Source: Candidatus Zixiibacteriota bacterium (lineage in GTDB: Bacteria; Zixibacteria; MSB-5A5; GN15; FEB-12). From it: a stretch of DNA of 17,759 bases. Below are positions 6,905-16,143 of this stretch, piece by piece. Position numbers and translations under genes: made by a program. Position 1 is the stretch's first letter. Each line of letters starts with the position of its first letter. A model generated the notes under the pieces. It searched no databases. It was not told where the DNA came from and was given only the letters and a program-made list of their open reading frames with translations. Location of the stretch: the NCBI GenBank assembly GCA_041742355.1, contig JBGSIV010000147.1, forward strand, positions 1-17,759, read 5' to 3'.

Positions 6905-7888
6905 ATGAATCCCAATCTCGACGAAAGCATAATCCGATCATTCACGATCGAAGGGATCGACCAGCGCATTCTCTTCGGGCAGAATGACGTCTTCCTGCGG
7001 ATAATGGAAGCGCGCATGGGCGCCAAAATCATGGCCCGCGGCGACAAGATAGTGATCGAGGGGTTGCCCGACGTGGTCGAAAGCGTGGTTCGCCTGCTCA
7101 ACGACCTGGTGACCCGGATCAAGCAGGGGGACATCATCACGGACCAGTATATCAACTACGCCATCGCGATGGTCAAAGAGAGCGGGACGGGGCCGGCGCA
7201 GGATATCTCCACCCAGTCGCTCCTGACCAGTTCCCTGAAGAAGGAAATTCGCCCGAAGACAATCGGCCAGACACGCTATGTCGAGGCGGTCGACCGCAAC
7301 GACATCGTCTTTTCGATCGGTCCGGCCGGCACCGGCAAAACCTACCTGGCGGTGGCGATGGCGGTGGCGGAGCTGAAAGCCGGCACCGTGAACCGGATCG
7401 TGTTCACGCGCCCGGCGGTCGAGGCCGGGGAGTCGCTCGGGTTTCTGCCCGGCGACATTCGCGCCAAGGTGGATCCGTACCTCCGGCCGGTGTACGACGC
7501 CCTCTATGACATGATGCAGCCGGACAAGATCCGGCGGCTGCTGGAACTGGGCGTGATCGAGATCGCCCCGCTGGCGTTCATGCGGGGGCGGACGCTCAAC
7601 GAGGCGTTCGTCGTACTCGACGAAGCGCAGAACACCACCGGCGCGCAGATGAAAATGTTTCTCACCCGCATCGGGGAAAAGTCCAAAGCGATCATCACCG
7701 GCGACATCACGCAGATCGATCTGCCTGACGGCCGAGTATCGGGACTGGTACGGGTGCAATCGATTCTCTCAGGGATAGAGGGGATCGAGTTCATATACCT
7801 GACGGAAAAGGACGTCATCCGCCATCGGCTGGTCCAGGCTATCATTCGAGCCTACGAGACGCACGAAGGCCGCGGCAAGAAGCGCTGA
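6905..7888 (+). CDS. phoH: PhoH family ATPase (YbeZ-like)
   Basis: Walker A GPAGTGKT; TRPAVEAGESLGFLPGD; APLAFMRGRTL; LDEAQN; ITGDITQIDL. Confidence 0.96.
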   Translation: MNPNLDESIIRSFTIEGIDQRILFGQNDVFLRIMEARMGAKIMARGDKIVIEGLPDVVESVVRLLNDLVTRIKQGDIITDQYINYAIAMVKESGTGPAQDISTQSLLTSSLKKEIRPKTIGQTRYVEAVDRNDIVFSIGPAGTGKTYLAVAMAVAELKAGTVNRIVFTRPAVEAGESLGFLPGDIRAKVDPYLRPVYDALYDMMQPDKIRRLLELGVIEIAPLAFMRGRTLNEAFVVLDEAQNTTGAQMKMFLTRIGEKSKAIITGDITQIDLPDGRVSGLVRVQSILSGIEGIEFIYLTEKDVIRHRLVQAIIRAYETHEGRGKKR

Positions 7889-7906
7889 GGCGCCGAGGCG
7901 ACACCT

Positions 7907-10156
7907 ATGTTTATTTTTTCCCTGCTCCTGCGAATCAAGCGCGCGATCAAGCGCGTCCTGAAAGTCCAGAGCGAGTCCCGCCAGGCCATCGTCGATACGA
8001 CGCAGGCCCGGCTCACCAAGGTGCTCATGCTGGTGCTGGCATCGCTGGCGATCGGCATCCTGTACCCGGGCGAGGCGCTCTTCGATCCGTTCGATGTCCC
8101 GCGCCGCGGCGAGATCGCCCTGGAAGACATCGCCGCCCCATTCCCGATCACCATCACCAAGACGAACCGGGAAATCGAAGACGAAGAGGAAGATGTCCGG
8201 CTGACAGTCCCGTACGTGGTCGACCACGATTCGATGGCGGTCCAGGGGGCGATCAATGACCTGCACCGGTTCCTCCGGACGGCCGACTCGGTCTCGTCGC
8301 TGCCGAACTGGCGGGTACGGGTCGACCGGATTGCCGATACCCTGGCGGAGCGGTTTCCACTCCTGACGCGGTCAGCCATAATCGCCTCGCTTGGGCGGGC
8401 CGATCTCGAGCAGGTGGAGCGGGCCCTTACCCAGATTTATCAGGATGAGATTTATCGGGTGGGCGTGTTGCCGAGCAAGAACTCGATCCCCGAAACCCGC
8501 AACAAGAACGTGCTCATTCGCCGGGGGGAGCGGGAGAACATATTCCAGCGGGACAAGCTGCTATTCGTCGAACTGGCGAACGCGCAATTGCTCTCGTCGT
8601 TGAATCGGCTGGCGGCGGGGCGGCCGATCGACGTCGAGTACCACTACCTGGTGGGCAGGGCGTTTATCCAGCCGAACCTCCAGGTAAATATGGCCGAGTA
8701 CGACCGGCGGTTGCAGGCCGAACTGGCGACGATCTCACCACAGAAGGAGACCGTCGAGCAGGGCCGCGTGATTGTCCGCGCCGGCACCCGGGTCAACCAG
8801 AGCCAGGAGCGGATTCTCCGGGAGATGGTGCATATACAGCGGTACCGCGCGGCCGAGCAGGGCTGGCTGATCAACCTGGTTCCGGCCGTCGCCCGGGTGG
8901 TGCTCGTCATGGCGGCATTTTCGATGCTGCTCCTGTTCCTGTTTCACTTCCGGCGCGAGGTGTTTTTCTCCAATCAGCGCCTGCTGGCGATCCTGCTCGT
9001 CTTCGCACTGCAGCTGCTGTTCATCTACTTCCTTGACCGGTGGGATCTGTCCGTATACCTCTACCCGGTGGCCTTCCTGTCGATCATGCTCACCATTCTC
9101 TATGACACCGAGGTGGGCATTCTCTCGACGATTGTGCTGGCACTCTTGATCGGCATCATGCACCGGTTCGATTTCACGCTGACGTTTATGACGGTGGTGG
9201 TCGGAGCCGTGGCCGTGTTCTCGTCGCGCCGGGTCCGCCGTCGGGCGCACTTCTTCCGGATCATGATCTACACAGCCTTCACCTACGCCGTCTTCATCCT
9301 CTTCGTGGAGAACCTGAAACTGACGCCGTCGGACGAGGTGCTGACCCAGATGGCGTTCGGGCTGGCCAACGGGTTCGCCTGCGTCATCCTGGCCATCGGC
9401 ATCCTGCCGGTGTTCGAGTCGCTCTTCGGCATCACGACCGATATCACGCTCCTGGAACTGTCGGATCTGAACCACCCGCTCCTCAAGCGCCTCGCGCTCG
9501 AGGCTCCCGGAACCTACCACCACTCCATCATCGTGGGCAATCTGTCCGAATCCGCCTCCGAGGCGATCGGAGCCAATTCCCTCCTCGCGCGGGTCGGAGC
9601 GTACTACCACGATATCGGGAAAATGGAAATCCCCGAGTACTTCGTGGAGAACCAGCTGTCCGTAAAGTCGAAACACGATTCGCTGACGCCGTCGATGTCG
9701 GCCCTGATCCTGTCGTCGCACGTGAAGAAGGGCCGGGTGCTTGGCGAAGCGGCCGATATTCCCGATGACGTGCTGAATTTCATCGAAGAACACCACGGCA
9801 CGATGGTGCAAAAGTACTTCTACGATAAGGCGCTGCGGTCGGGAAGTGAGGAGACGCTGATCGACAAGTTCCGCTACCCCGGCCCGAAGCCGCAGACGCG
9901 GGAGACGGGTATCGCGATGCTCGCGGACGCGGTCGAGGCGGCCAGCCGCACGCTTGACCACCCGTCGCCGGCCCGAATCGACAACCTTATCCAGCGGATT
10001 ATCAACGATCGGTTCGAGTCCGGGGAGCTGGACCAGTGCCCGCTCACCCTGCGGGACCTCGCCCGGATCAAACGCGCCTTCGCCCAGGTGCTGATCGCGG
10101 CCTTCCACCATCGGGTGGAGTATCCGAAAGACTCGAAGACCGAGGAGCGGGTATGA
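7907..10156 (+). CDS. 7TM-HD family phosphohydrolase (PgpH/YqfF-like; putative c-di-AMP phosphodiesterase)
   Basis: N-terminal TM, extracytoplasmic 7TMR-HDED-like region and about 7 TMs, then an HD domain: EAPGTYHHS, YYHDIGK, YFVENQ, EHHGT, FRYPGPKPQ, MLADAVEAASR. It occupies the position between phoH and ybeY. The exact start is uncertain. Confidence 0.92.
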   Translation: MFIFSLLLRIKRAIKRVLKVQSESRQAIVDTTQARLTKVLMLVLASLAIGILYPGEALFDPFDVPRRGEIALEDIAAPFPITITKTNREIEDEEEDVRLTVPYVVDHDSMAVQGAINDLHRFLRTADSVSSLPNWRVRVDRIADTLAERFPLLTRSAIIASLGRADLEQVERALTQIYQDEIYRVGVLPSKNSIPETRNKNVLIRRGERENIFQRDKLLFVELANAQLLSSLNRLAAGRPIDVEYHYLVGRAFIQPNLQVNMAEYDRRLQAELATISPQKETVEQGRVIVRAGTRVNQSQERILREMVHIQRYRAAEQGWLINLVPAVARVVLVMAAFSMLLLFLFHFRREVFFSNQRLLAILLVFALQLLFIYFLDRWDLSVYLYPVAFLSIMLTILYDTEVGILSTIVLALLIGIMHRFDFTLTFMTVVVGAVAVFSSRRVRRRAHFFRIMIYTAFTYAVFILFVENLKLTPSDEVLTQMAFGLANGFACVILAIGILPVFESLFGITTDITLLELSDLNHPLLKRLALEAPGTYHHSIIVGNLSESASEAIGANSLLARVGAYYHDIGKMEIPEYFVENQLSVKSKHDSLTPSMSALILSSHVKKGRVLGEAADIPDDVLNFIEEHHGTMVQKYFYDKALRSGSEETLIDKFRYPGPKPQTRETGIAMLADAVEAASRTLDHPSPARIDNLIQRIINDRFESGELDQCPLTLRDLARIKRAFAQVLIAAFHHRVEYPKDSKTEERV

Positions 10157-10578
10157 AGCTGCACCTGCACAAGACAACCCCGGTACGCCTGCCCCGGAAG
10201 CAGTTGCAACGGCTGTTTGAGGGACTCACGGCCCGCGAAGGACGAGGGAAGGGCGGGATCAACATCGTGTTTGCGGGAGACCGGGATCTGCAGCGCCTCA
10301 ATGCGCAGTATCGCCACAGGGACCACGCGACCGATGTGCTCTCGTTTAATCTCGATGACGATGCCGGGGATGGAGAAATCTTCGGCGAAATATACATTTC
10401 CGTCCCGACTGCGCAGCGCCAGGCCGCGGAGTACGGTGGTACACTCGGGGGCGAGTTGCTGCGGCTGACCTGTCATGGATTATTGCACCTGTTCGGCTAC
10501 GATCACCACAAGCGCGCGGATACTGAGAGGATGCGGGAGCGGGAAGCTCAGTATCTGGCTATGGCGGAAGAGGCTTAG
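10153..10578 (+). CDS. ybeY: rRNA maturation endoribonuclease YbeY
   Basis: ATGA overlap with the upstream stop, GAGGAG upstream; motifs LNAQYR..DHATDVLSF, GEIYIS and HGLLHLFGYDH. The ORF-track start at 10036 is too early. Confidence 0.95.
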   Translation: MKLHLHKTTPVRLPRKQLQRLFEGLTAREGRGKGGINIVFAGDRDLQRLNAQYRHRDHATDVLSFNLDDDAGDGEIFGEIYISVPTAQRQAAEYGGTLGGELLRLTCHGLLHLFGYDHHKRADTERMREREAQYLAMAEEA

Positions 10579-10583
10579 AGACC

Positions 10584-11843
10584 ATGCTCGACCTGGTTTA
10601 CCTGCTGGCTATCATCGTCGGCTATTCAACAGCGTACGTCGTGTCGCTCTTTTCCCTGGCGGTGTACATCGATCCCGATGAGGTGGAGGAGTTCTATCCC
10701 GGCCTCTCGCCACGCCGCCGCCGGTTCGTCGCCCGTCTGGCGGACGATCCGCTCGTGTTCGTGCAGATTGCCAACGTCTACAAGTCATTCGCCCTCATTC
10801 TCGTGACCGTGGCGGTGTTCCAGCTGTTGCCGCAACTGGGTTTCACCGAACCGCTGCGGGTGGCGATGGTTCGGATGGTCGGCATGCTGGTCACCTGGGT
10901 GCTGTACATCTTCTTCGTCGAATACATGCCGCGACGGTCGGCGAGCACGGCCGACCGGGGACGTTTGCTGCGCCACCTCTGGCTCATCCGGGGCATATAC
11001 ATGCTGTTCTTCCCGGTCGTCCGCAGTTACCGCGAGGCGCTGCGGAGAATCCGTCCGCCGAAGGACGTGAGCGAGGAGGACAAGGAGGATCTGATCGAGC
11101 GGGCCCTCGAGACCCTCGCCGAGCAGGCGGGGATCGGGGAGCGGATTCTCGAAGAGGACAAGAAGGAGATGATCGGCCAGATCTTCCAGCTCGACCAGAC
11201 CGTCGCGCGGGAGATCATGATTCCCCGGATCAACATCGTGGGCATCGAGAAGGGCATGAGCTTCCAGGAGATCCGGGAACTCGTTATTCGCGACGGCCAC
11301 TCGCGGTATCCCGTGTTCGATGGGACGATTGACCGCATTCTCGGCCTGGCGTACGTCAAGGACATGTTCAACCACCTGCCGGAGCCGGGAGAGGAATTTC
11401 GCGTGGTCCATCACATGCGGCAGGCGTACTTCATTCCCGAGACCAAGGTGATCGGCGAACTGCTGCGCGAGTTCAAGCACAAGCGGATGCATATCGCGGT
11501 CGTGGTTGACGAGTACGGCGGGGTATCGGGAGTGGTGACGCTCGAGGACATCATCGAGGAGATTTTCGGCGAAATCCGCGATGAGCACGATGTCGAGCAG
11601 GAGCAGATCATCACGCTGCGCGACGGTTCGTACCTCGTGAGCGCGTCGCTCCTGGTGGAGGAGCTGCAGGACTTCCTCGACACTGACTACGAGCAGAGCG
11701 ACTACGATACGGTCGGGGGACTGATTTACGACCTGGTGGGTTCGGTGCCGAAACAGGGCCAGGTGATACGCTGGAACGAACTGGAGCTTGAGGTGGACAA
11801 GGTCGAGGGGCAGCGGATTGTGGCGGTGCGGGTTCGCACGTAA
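10584..11843 (+). CDS. Hemolysin/CNNM family protein (DUF21-like TM region, 2 CBS domains, CorC_HlyC domain)
   Basis: AREIMIPR, GHSRYPV, AVVVDEYGGVSGVVTLEDIIEEIFGEIRDEHD and DYDTVGGLI...VP motifs; N-terminal TM helices. Follows ybeY, as ybeX/corC does. Confidence 0.93.
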   Translation: MLDLVYLLAIIVGYSTAYVVSLFSLAVYIDPDEVEEFYPGLSPRRRRFVARLADDPLVFVQIANVYKSFALILVTVAVFQLLPQLGFTEPLRVAMVRMVGMLVTWVLYIFFVEYMPRRSASTADRGRLLRHLWLIRGIYMLFFPVVRSYREALRRIRPPKDVSEEDKEDLIERALETLAEQAGIGERILEEDKKEMIGQIFQLDQTVAREIMIPRINIVGIEKGMSFQEIRELVIRDGHSRYPVFDGTIDRILGLAYVKDMFNHLPEPGEEFRVVHHMRQAYFIPETKVIGELLREFKHKRMHIAVVVDEYGGVSGVVTLEDIIEEIFGEIRDEHDVEQEQIITLRDGSYLVSASLLVEELQDFLDTDYEQSDYDTVGGLIYDLVGSVPKQGQVIRWNELELEVDKVEGQRIVAVRVRT

Positions 11844-11852
11844 CGGGTCGGT

Positions 11853-14800
11853 TTACGGGGTCGGGGGACGGGAGGATTCCAAATCGATCGCGTCCGCCGA
11901 GCCGCCGGCGCACGCGAGGAGACGGGACAGATCGGGGGTTTCCTTGAAATTCGCGCGAGCGGATTCATAGAGGTCGGCCAGTTGGTATTCCATCACCCCG
12001 CAGTTGATCATCACGTAGGGCACCCGATCCTGGGCGCACCGCTCGATCATTCGGAGCAGTTCGACTTTCCCGGTGAATTTCGCATCGCACACGGCAAGGT
12101 CAACGACGCGACCGAGGTCCTTGCCGACGTTGCCGATTGAGTCGACCCAGAGCACGCGGACGGAGGACTCGGAGCTGGCGGCGACGTACTTCTTGAAAAT
12201 TTCCTTATCCAGCGTAAAGACGAGCACTCGTTTCTGAGACAGCGATCCCGTTACATCGATTGTCGGGGCGGGGAGACTGCGATCCAGCGGCAGGCTCAAG
12301 GTGAAGGTGGTGCCCATGCCGACAATGGATTCAACCGTGAGGTCGCCGGCGTGCTCCCGGGCGATGTTGCGGCAGATGGCCAGGCCCATACCGGTACCGA
12401 CCAGCTCGTCCTTGCCCCAGACACCCTTGGTCGAGTAGAACGGATCGAAAATGCGGCCAAGGTTCTCCTCGGCGATGCCCGCCCCCGTGTCGGCGACGCG
12501 GATCTGGACGTGGGTAGGTGTTTTTGCGATGATAATTGAAATGACCCCGTCGGAACCGATCGCGTGCCGCGCATTGATGAGGAGGTTCAGCAGCAACTGC
12601 TGAATCTTGCTCGCCGAAACTTCGACTCTCGGAGTGTCTTCGAAGTGGGTGACGATTTCGATGGCGACCGAACGCATCTCCTTCTCAACCAGGTTCAGCG
12701 ACCGGGTGACAATCTGGCGGAGGTCCTCCATGGCGAAATCATCCGGCCGGGCTTTCGAGTAAGATAATAGCGACATGGCGACATCGTTGGCCCGGTCGCC
12801 CGTTTCGATTATCTGCTGCAGGGTGCTCCGGGCCAGGTCAAGCCCCCCCTGACTGTCGAGCTCCTCCAGGGCAAAGGAGGCATTGCCGATAATGCCGCCG
12901 AGGTAGTTCTTGAATTCGTGGGCGACGCCGGCCGCGAGCATGCCCACCGCCGACATCTTGTCCGACTCGGCGAGCCGCTGCTGCGTGGCCAGTTCGACCG
13001 TGATATCCTCGCCCACGCTGAGGTAACTGATAATGGTGCCGTCGGAGCTGAAGATCGGGGAAATGACCTTCCGCTCCCAGTAGAGCTCGCCATTCTTGCG
13101 GCGGTTGTGCAGGCGCCCCGTCCAGGCCTCGCCGCCGCTGATAGTCTGCCAGAGATCGGTGTAGCAGGCGCGATCCTGCCGACCCGACTTCAGCAACGAA
13201 GCGCTCCGGCCAACCGCTTCCTCCGCGGCGTAGCCGGTCACCGCGGCAAAACGCTCGTTGACGTAGGTGATAACGCCGCTCGTGTCGGTGATGCAGATCA
13301 TGCTGGCGCTCTGCTGCACGGCGGCGGAGAGCTGCAGGAAACGGCGCTCCCGGAGCCTGCGTTCGGTCCGATCGCGGCCGAAGCAGTGCACGACCGCCTG
13401 GCCTTTTACCGGGTGAATCGACCAGGTCCAGATCCTGCCGGCCGCCTCATGCTCGATATCGACGACGCCGTTGTCGCTCGTGATCACCGTGCGAATGATG
13501 TCGTGGATATGCGGCGGCAGATAGGTCGCGATGCGGTCGTCCTCTGCGCCTGCAGGAAACGATACGTCGGCGGCGGCCGGGTTGCGGTAAAGAATACGGC
13601 CGTCCGCGGCGATAGTCAGCACAAGGTTCGGATCATTCTCCGGGACAGCGGCCATCTGCTGCAGCGTCCGCTCGGTCTCCTTCAGATCGGTGATGTCGAT
13701 GACGGAGCCGGCCATGTAAAGAGGCGTTCCGTCGGCATCTTCGATGACGGCGACCGTCTGGAGCGTGGGGAAGACCGAACCATCGCGGCGCCGATGCCAG
13801 ATCTCGCTGGTGCCATGCTTGCGAGAAGAGATGAACTCCCGTACAGTCTTGTCGAAATCGCCGATCCGGTCAAGATCGTGGCAGATCCGCATGTGGCGGC
13901 CGAGAAGGTCGTCCACACCGTAGCCATGAAGATCGGCGTAGCGCCGGTTGACATAGAGAAAGTTACCCTCGATATCGGTGATAGCACAGCCGTAGTCGGC
14001 AATATCGGTCATGGCTTTGAACTTGGTGATTTCCGTCTCGGCCGCTTTCCGGTCGGATAGATCTCGAATCGAAGCGACCCGGACGGGGTGACCGTGCCAG
14101 GGCATGTGGCGGCCGGCAACCTCGGCCAGAAACCGGGTGCCGTCCGGGCGGACTATCGTCAATTCGTACGGTTCCTCGCTATTCGTGCGGATCTTCTCGC
14201 GTACGAGCGCATGCTGCTCCGGTGCAATCCACTGAAAGACCGATTGTCCCTGAATGTCTGAGCGGGAGAGGCCGAGCATGCGGTCGAAGGCGTCGTTCGT
14301 ATCGATCGCCAGACCCTGATCGTGAATGAGAATGCCTTCGGCGGCGGCCTTGGACAGCTCGCGGAACCGCTCCTCGCTCTCACGAAGAGCCTTCTCGGTT
14401 CGCTTGCGGTCGCTGATATTGATCACGATGCCCCGGATGCCGGACAGCTTTCCGTCCGTGACTATCGGCGAGGCGTAGACAATCGTGTCGACCGGAACGC
14501 CGTCGGGGCGCACAAGGCGGAGCTCGGTCGAAACGTCGGCGCGGTCCCGCATCATCTGCTCCAGGCACTGATACGCTCCGGGGACATCCTCCGGGCTGAC
14601 CAGCACGTCGATTGCGTTTCCGGCGCGGAGCTGCTCGAACGATCGGCCGGTTATGTCGAGCAGGTTCTGGTTCGCGAACCGGATGACGCCGTCGAGAGTC
14701 AGTTCAAACAGCCCGGCCGGCAGCATCTGGACCAGGTCGCGATAGCGGATTTCGCTCTTCTGCAGCGCCCGCTCGGCATCCCTGCGCCGCCGTTCGCGGC

Positions 14801-15440
14801 GCACTATGCTGGTGACGCCCGTGCCGATAAAAACTACCCAGACTGCAATGAAGCACTCAGCGAGAAGCGCCCGCCGCTCTCCGCTCGTCGCAACGAGGCT
14901 CGTGAGCTCATTGCGGGCAAGCCGGCAGTTGTCGGTGATCCCCTCATGGATGAGATGAGTCCGACCGATGTGACCCTGATCGAACTCGGCCTCGGGAGCC
15001 GCGAACCGCTGGGCATAGTCGTCTGCAAGTCGGCGGACCGATTCGTCCAGATCCACTATCGCCCGGCCGAGTTGCTCGCTCGAGCACTCCATTGTCCAGT
15101 GCCGGTGGTGCTGCGAGAGTGGCAGTAAACGGGCCGACAGCGCCGCGAGCGAATCAAGATGCCGGCTGCAGGCCAGAGCGTCAAACTGCTCAGGATGTGC
15201 CTCAACCAGGTGGGTTTCCTGACGATTCACGGCGCTGAAATACTCGATATCGGCCAAAACCTCCATGGCAACATCGTAGTGCTGGGCATCCTGGTGGAGC
15301 GAGAGGTAGATCCAGACGATGCCGAGCGTGCAGACAACCGCGAGCGAGCAGGTGATAATCGTCGCCCCCCACTCGCGGAATATCGTCCGGAGAGGAGCAT
15401 GATCTCGCTGGGCTTGGGATATCGGGGCACTCGGGGGCAC
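11853..15440 (-). CDS. Membrane sensor histidine kinase: 2 TM with periplasmic domain, 5 PAS/PAC, HisKA, HATPase_c and a degenerate C-terminal receiver-like domain
   Basis: AGGAG RBS and GTG at 15440. PAS/PAC ends INISDRK, RDLSDRK, IDITDLK, RDRTERR and EDITVE. H-box AGVAHEFKN, N-box LNLLINA, G1 DTGAGI, F-box IFDPFYSTK, G2 GTGMGL. Confidence 0.93.
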   Translation of the reverse strand: MPPSAPISQAQRDHAPLRTIFREWGATIITCSLAVVCTLGIVWIYLSLHQDAQHYDVAMEVLADIEYFSAVNRQETHLVEAHPEQFDALACSRHLDSLAALSARLLPLSQHHRHWTMECSSEQLGRAIVDLDESVRRLADDYAQRFAAPEAEFDQGHIGRTHLIHEGITDNCRLARNELTSLVATSGERRALLAECFIAVWVVFIGTGVTSIVRRERRRRDAERALQKSEIRYRDLVQMLPAGLFELTLDGVIRFANQNLLDITGRSFEQLRAGNAIDVLVSPEDVPGAYQCLEQMMRDRADVSTELRLVRPDGVPVDTIVYASPIVTDGKLSGIRGIVINISDRKRTEKALRESEERFRELSKAAAEGILIHDQGLAIDTNDAFDRMLGLSRSDIQGQSVFQWIAPEQHALVREKIRTNSEEPYELTIVRPDGTRFLAEVAGRHMPWHGHPVRVASIRDLSDRKAAETEITKFKAMTDIADYGCAITDIEGNFLYVNRRYADLHGYGVDDLLGRHMRICHDLDRIGDFDKTVREFISSRKHGTSEIWHRRRDGSVFPTLQTVAVIEDADGTPLYMAGSVIDITDLKETERTLQQMAAVPENDPNLVLTIAADGRILYRNPAAADVSFPAGAEDDRIATYLPPHIHDIIRTVITSDNGVVDIEHEAAGRIWTWSIHPVKGQAVVHCFGRDRTERRLRERRFLQLSAAVQQSASMICITDTSGVITYVNERFAAVTGYAAEEAVGRSASLLKSGRQDRACYTDLWQTISGGEAWTGRLHNRRKNGELYWERKVISPIFSSDGTIISYLSVGEDITVELATQQRLAESDKMSAVGMLAAGVAHEFKNYLGGIIGNASFALEELDSQGGLDLARSTLQQIIETGDRANDVAMSLLSYSKARPDDFAMEDLRQIVTRSLNLVEKEMRSVAIEIVTHFEDTPRVEVSASKIQQLLLNLLINARHAIGSDGVISIIIAKTPTHVQIRVADTGAGIAEENLGRIFDPFYSTKGVWGKDELVGTGMGLAICRNIAREHAGDLTVESIVGMGTTFTLSLPLDRSLPAPTIDVTGSLSQKRVLVFTLDKEIFKKYVAASSESSVRVLWVDSIGNVGKDLGRVVDLAVCDAKFTGKVELLRMIERCAQDRVPYVMINCGVMEYQLADLYESARANFKETPDLSRLLACAGGSADAIDLESSRPPTP

Positions 15441-15524
15441 GCTTGGTCTCTCCTGCGCTGGCCGCCGGGGTTGGGAATGACGGCCTGATCGGGACTTCTC
15501 CCGGAATCCTGGTTCTTTCTCTCT

Positions 15525-15555
15525 GTATCGGCAGAACCGGTCCGGGATCTTAGCG
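15525..15555 (-). promoter_or_regulatory. Putative sigma28 (FliA/SigD)-like promoter of the histidine kinase
   Basis: Minus strand cgcTAAG-N16-GCCGATAC, about 85 nt upstream of the start; matches the TAAA-N15/16-GCCGATAA consensus. Confidence 0.55.
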
Positions 15556-15620
15556 TCAACCTATTGCTTAGTAATAAATTGCGGGCAAGGGCCAACTTGT
15601 CGGGCGATGGCCGACGAGGC

Positions 15621-16031
15621 TCACGGTGTCCGATTGCCGGAGTGAGGCTGGCGGTCAGAGCGCCTCTGCCAACAGCAGGTCAACTGACGGACTATGTCGT
15701 GGTTGTGAAAGGGCTTCCTGATGACATCGTCGGCGCCGGCCTGAGCGATTTCGCCGGCTGGTCCCTCGACCCTGTTGCCGGTAATCAGGATGACGGCGGT
15801 GGCTGCCCAGCGGGCCCGGACCTCCTTGAGGAGCTGCAGGCCGTCCACGTTGGGCATCTGAATATCGGTGATGACGATATCGACCGGCCGACACTCCAGC
15901 TTCCGCAGGGCATCCGCACCATCGACCGCATCAATCACGGCGAAACCGGCAGCGGAGATGCTCCGGCAGAGGATCTGCCGAATGGCAGGCTCATCGTCCA
16001 CAACGAGGACAGTACAGGCTGGGTGCGGCAT
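15621..16031 (-). CDS. Single-domain response regulator (CheY-like receiver, 136 aa)
   Basis: GAAGGA RBS then ATG at 16031. VLVVDDE, VITDIQMPNVDG (phospho-Asp), ILITG and RKPF are intact; there is no output domain. Confidence 0.9.
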   Translation of the reverse strand: MPHPACTVLVVDDEPAIRQILCRSISAAGFAVIDAVDGADALRKLECRPVDIVITDIQMPNVDGLQLLKEVRARWAATAVILITGNRVEGPAGEIAQAGADDVIRKPFHNHDIVRQLTCCWQRRSDRQPHSGNRTP

Positions 16032-16080
16032 AGTTGATCCTTCCGTGGCTGCCAAAGCGGATTTCGGCCCTTCAGGGTAG

Positions 16081-16111
16081 TCATCGGATAGGACTTGGAC
16101 AGGCTTTAGCG
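16081..16111 (-). promoter_or_regulatory. Putative sigma28 (FliA/SigD)-like promoter of the response regulator
   Basis: Minus strand cgcTAAA-N16-TCCGATGA, 50 nt upstream of the ATG; same spacing and CGCTAA prefix as the kinase motif. Confidence 0.55.
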
Positions 16112-16143
16112 GATATTTCAGGGGAACTGCCTCGCCGGCTGCG

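Noticed and set aside
10036..10152. N-terminal extension of YbeY
   Set aside because: It lies inside the HD-protein gene. The ATGA-coupled start at 10153 gives a normal-length YbeY.
8735..10177. 480-aa antisense ORF, and similar long shadow ORFs (3528-4433, 6175-7155, 6938-7759, 10785-11588, 12918-14060, 14322-15128, 17032-17697)
   Set aside because: They lie opposite well-supported genes, show no recognisable motifs, and are expected from GC-rich codon bias.
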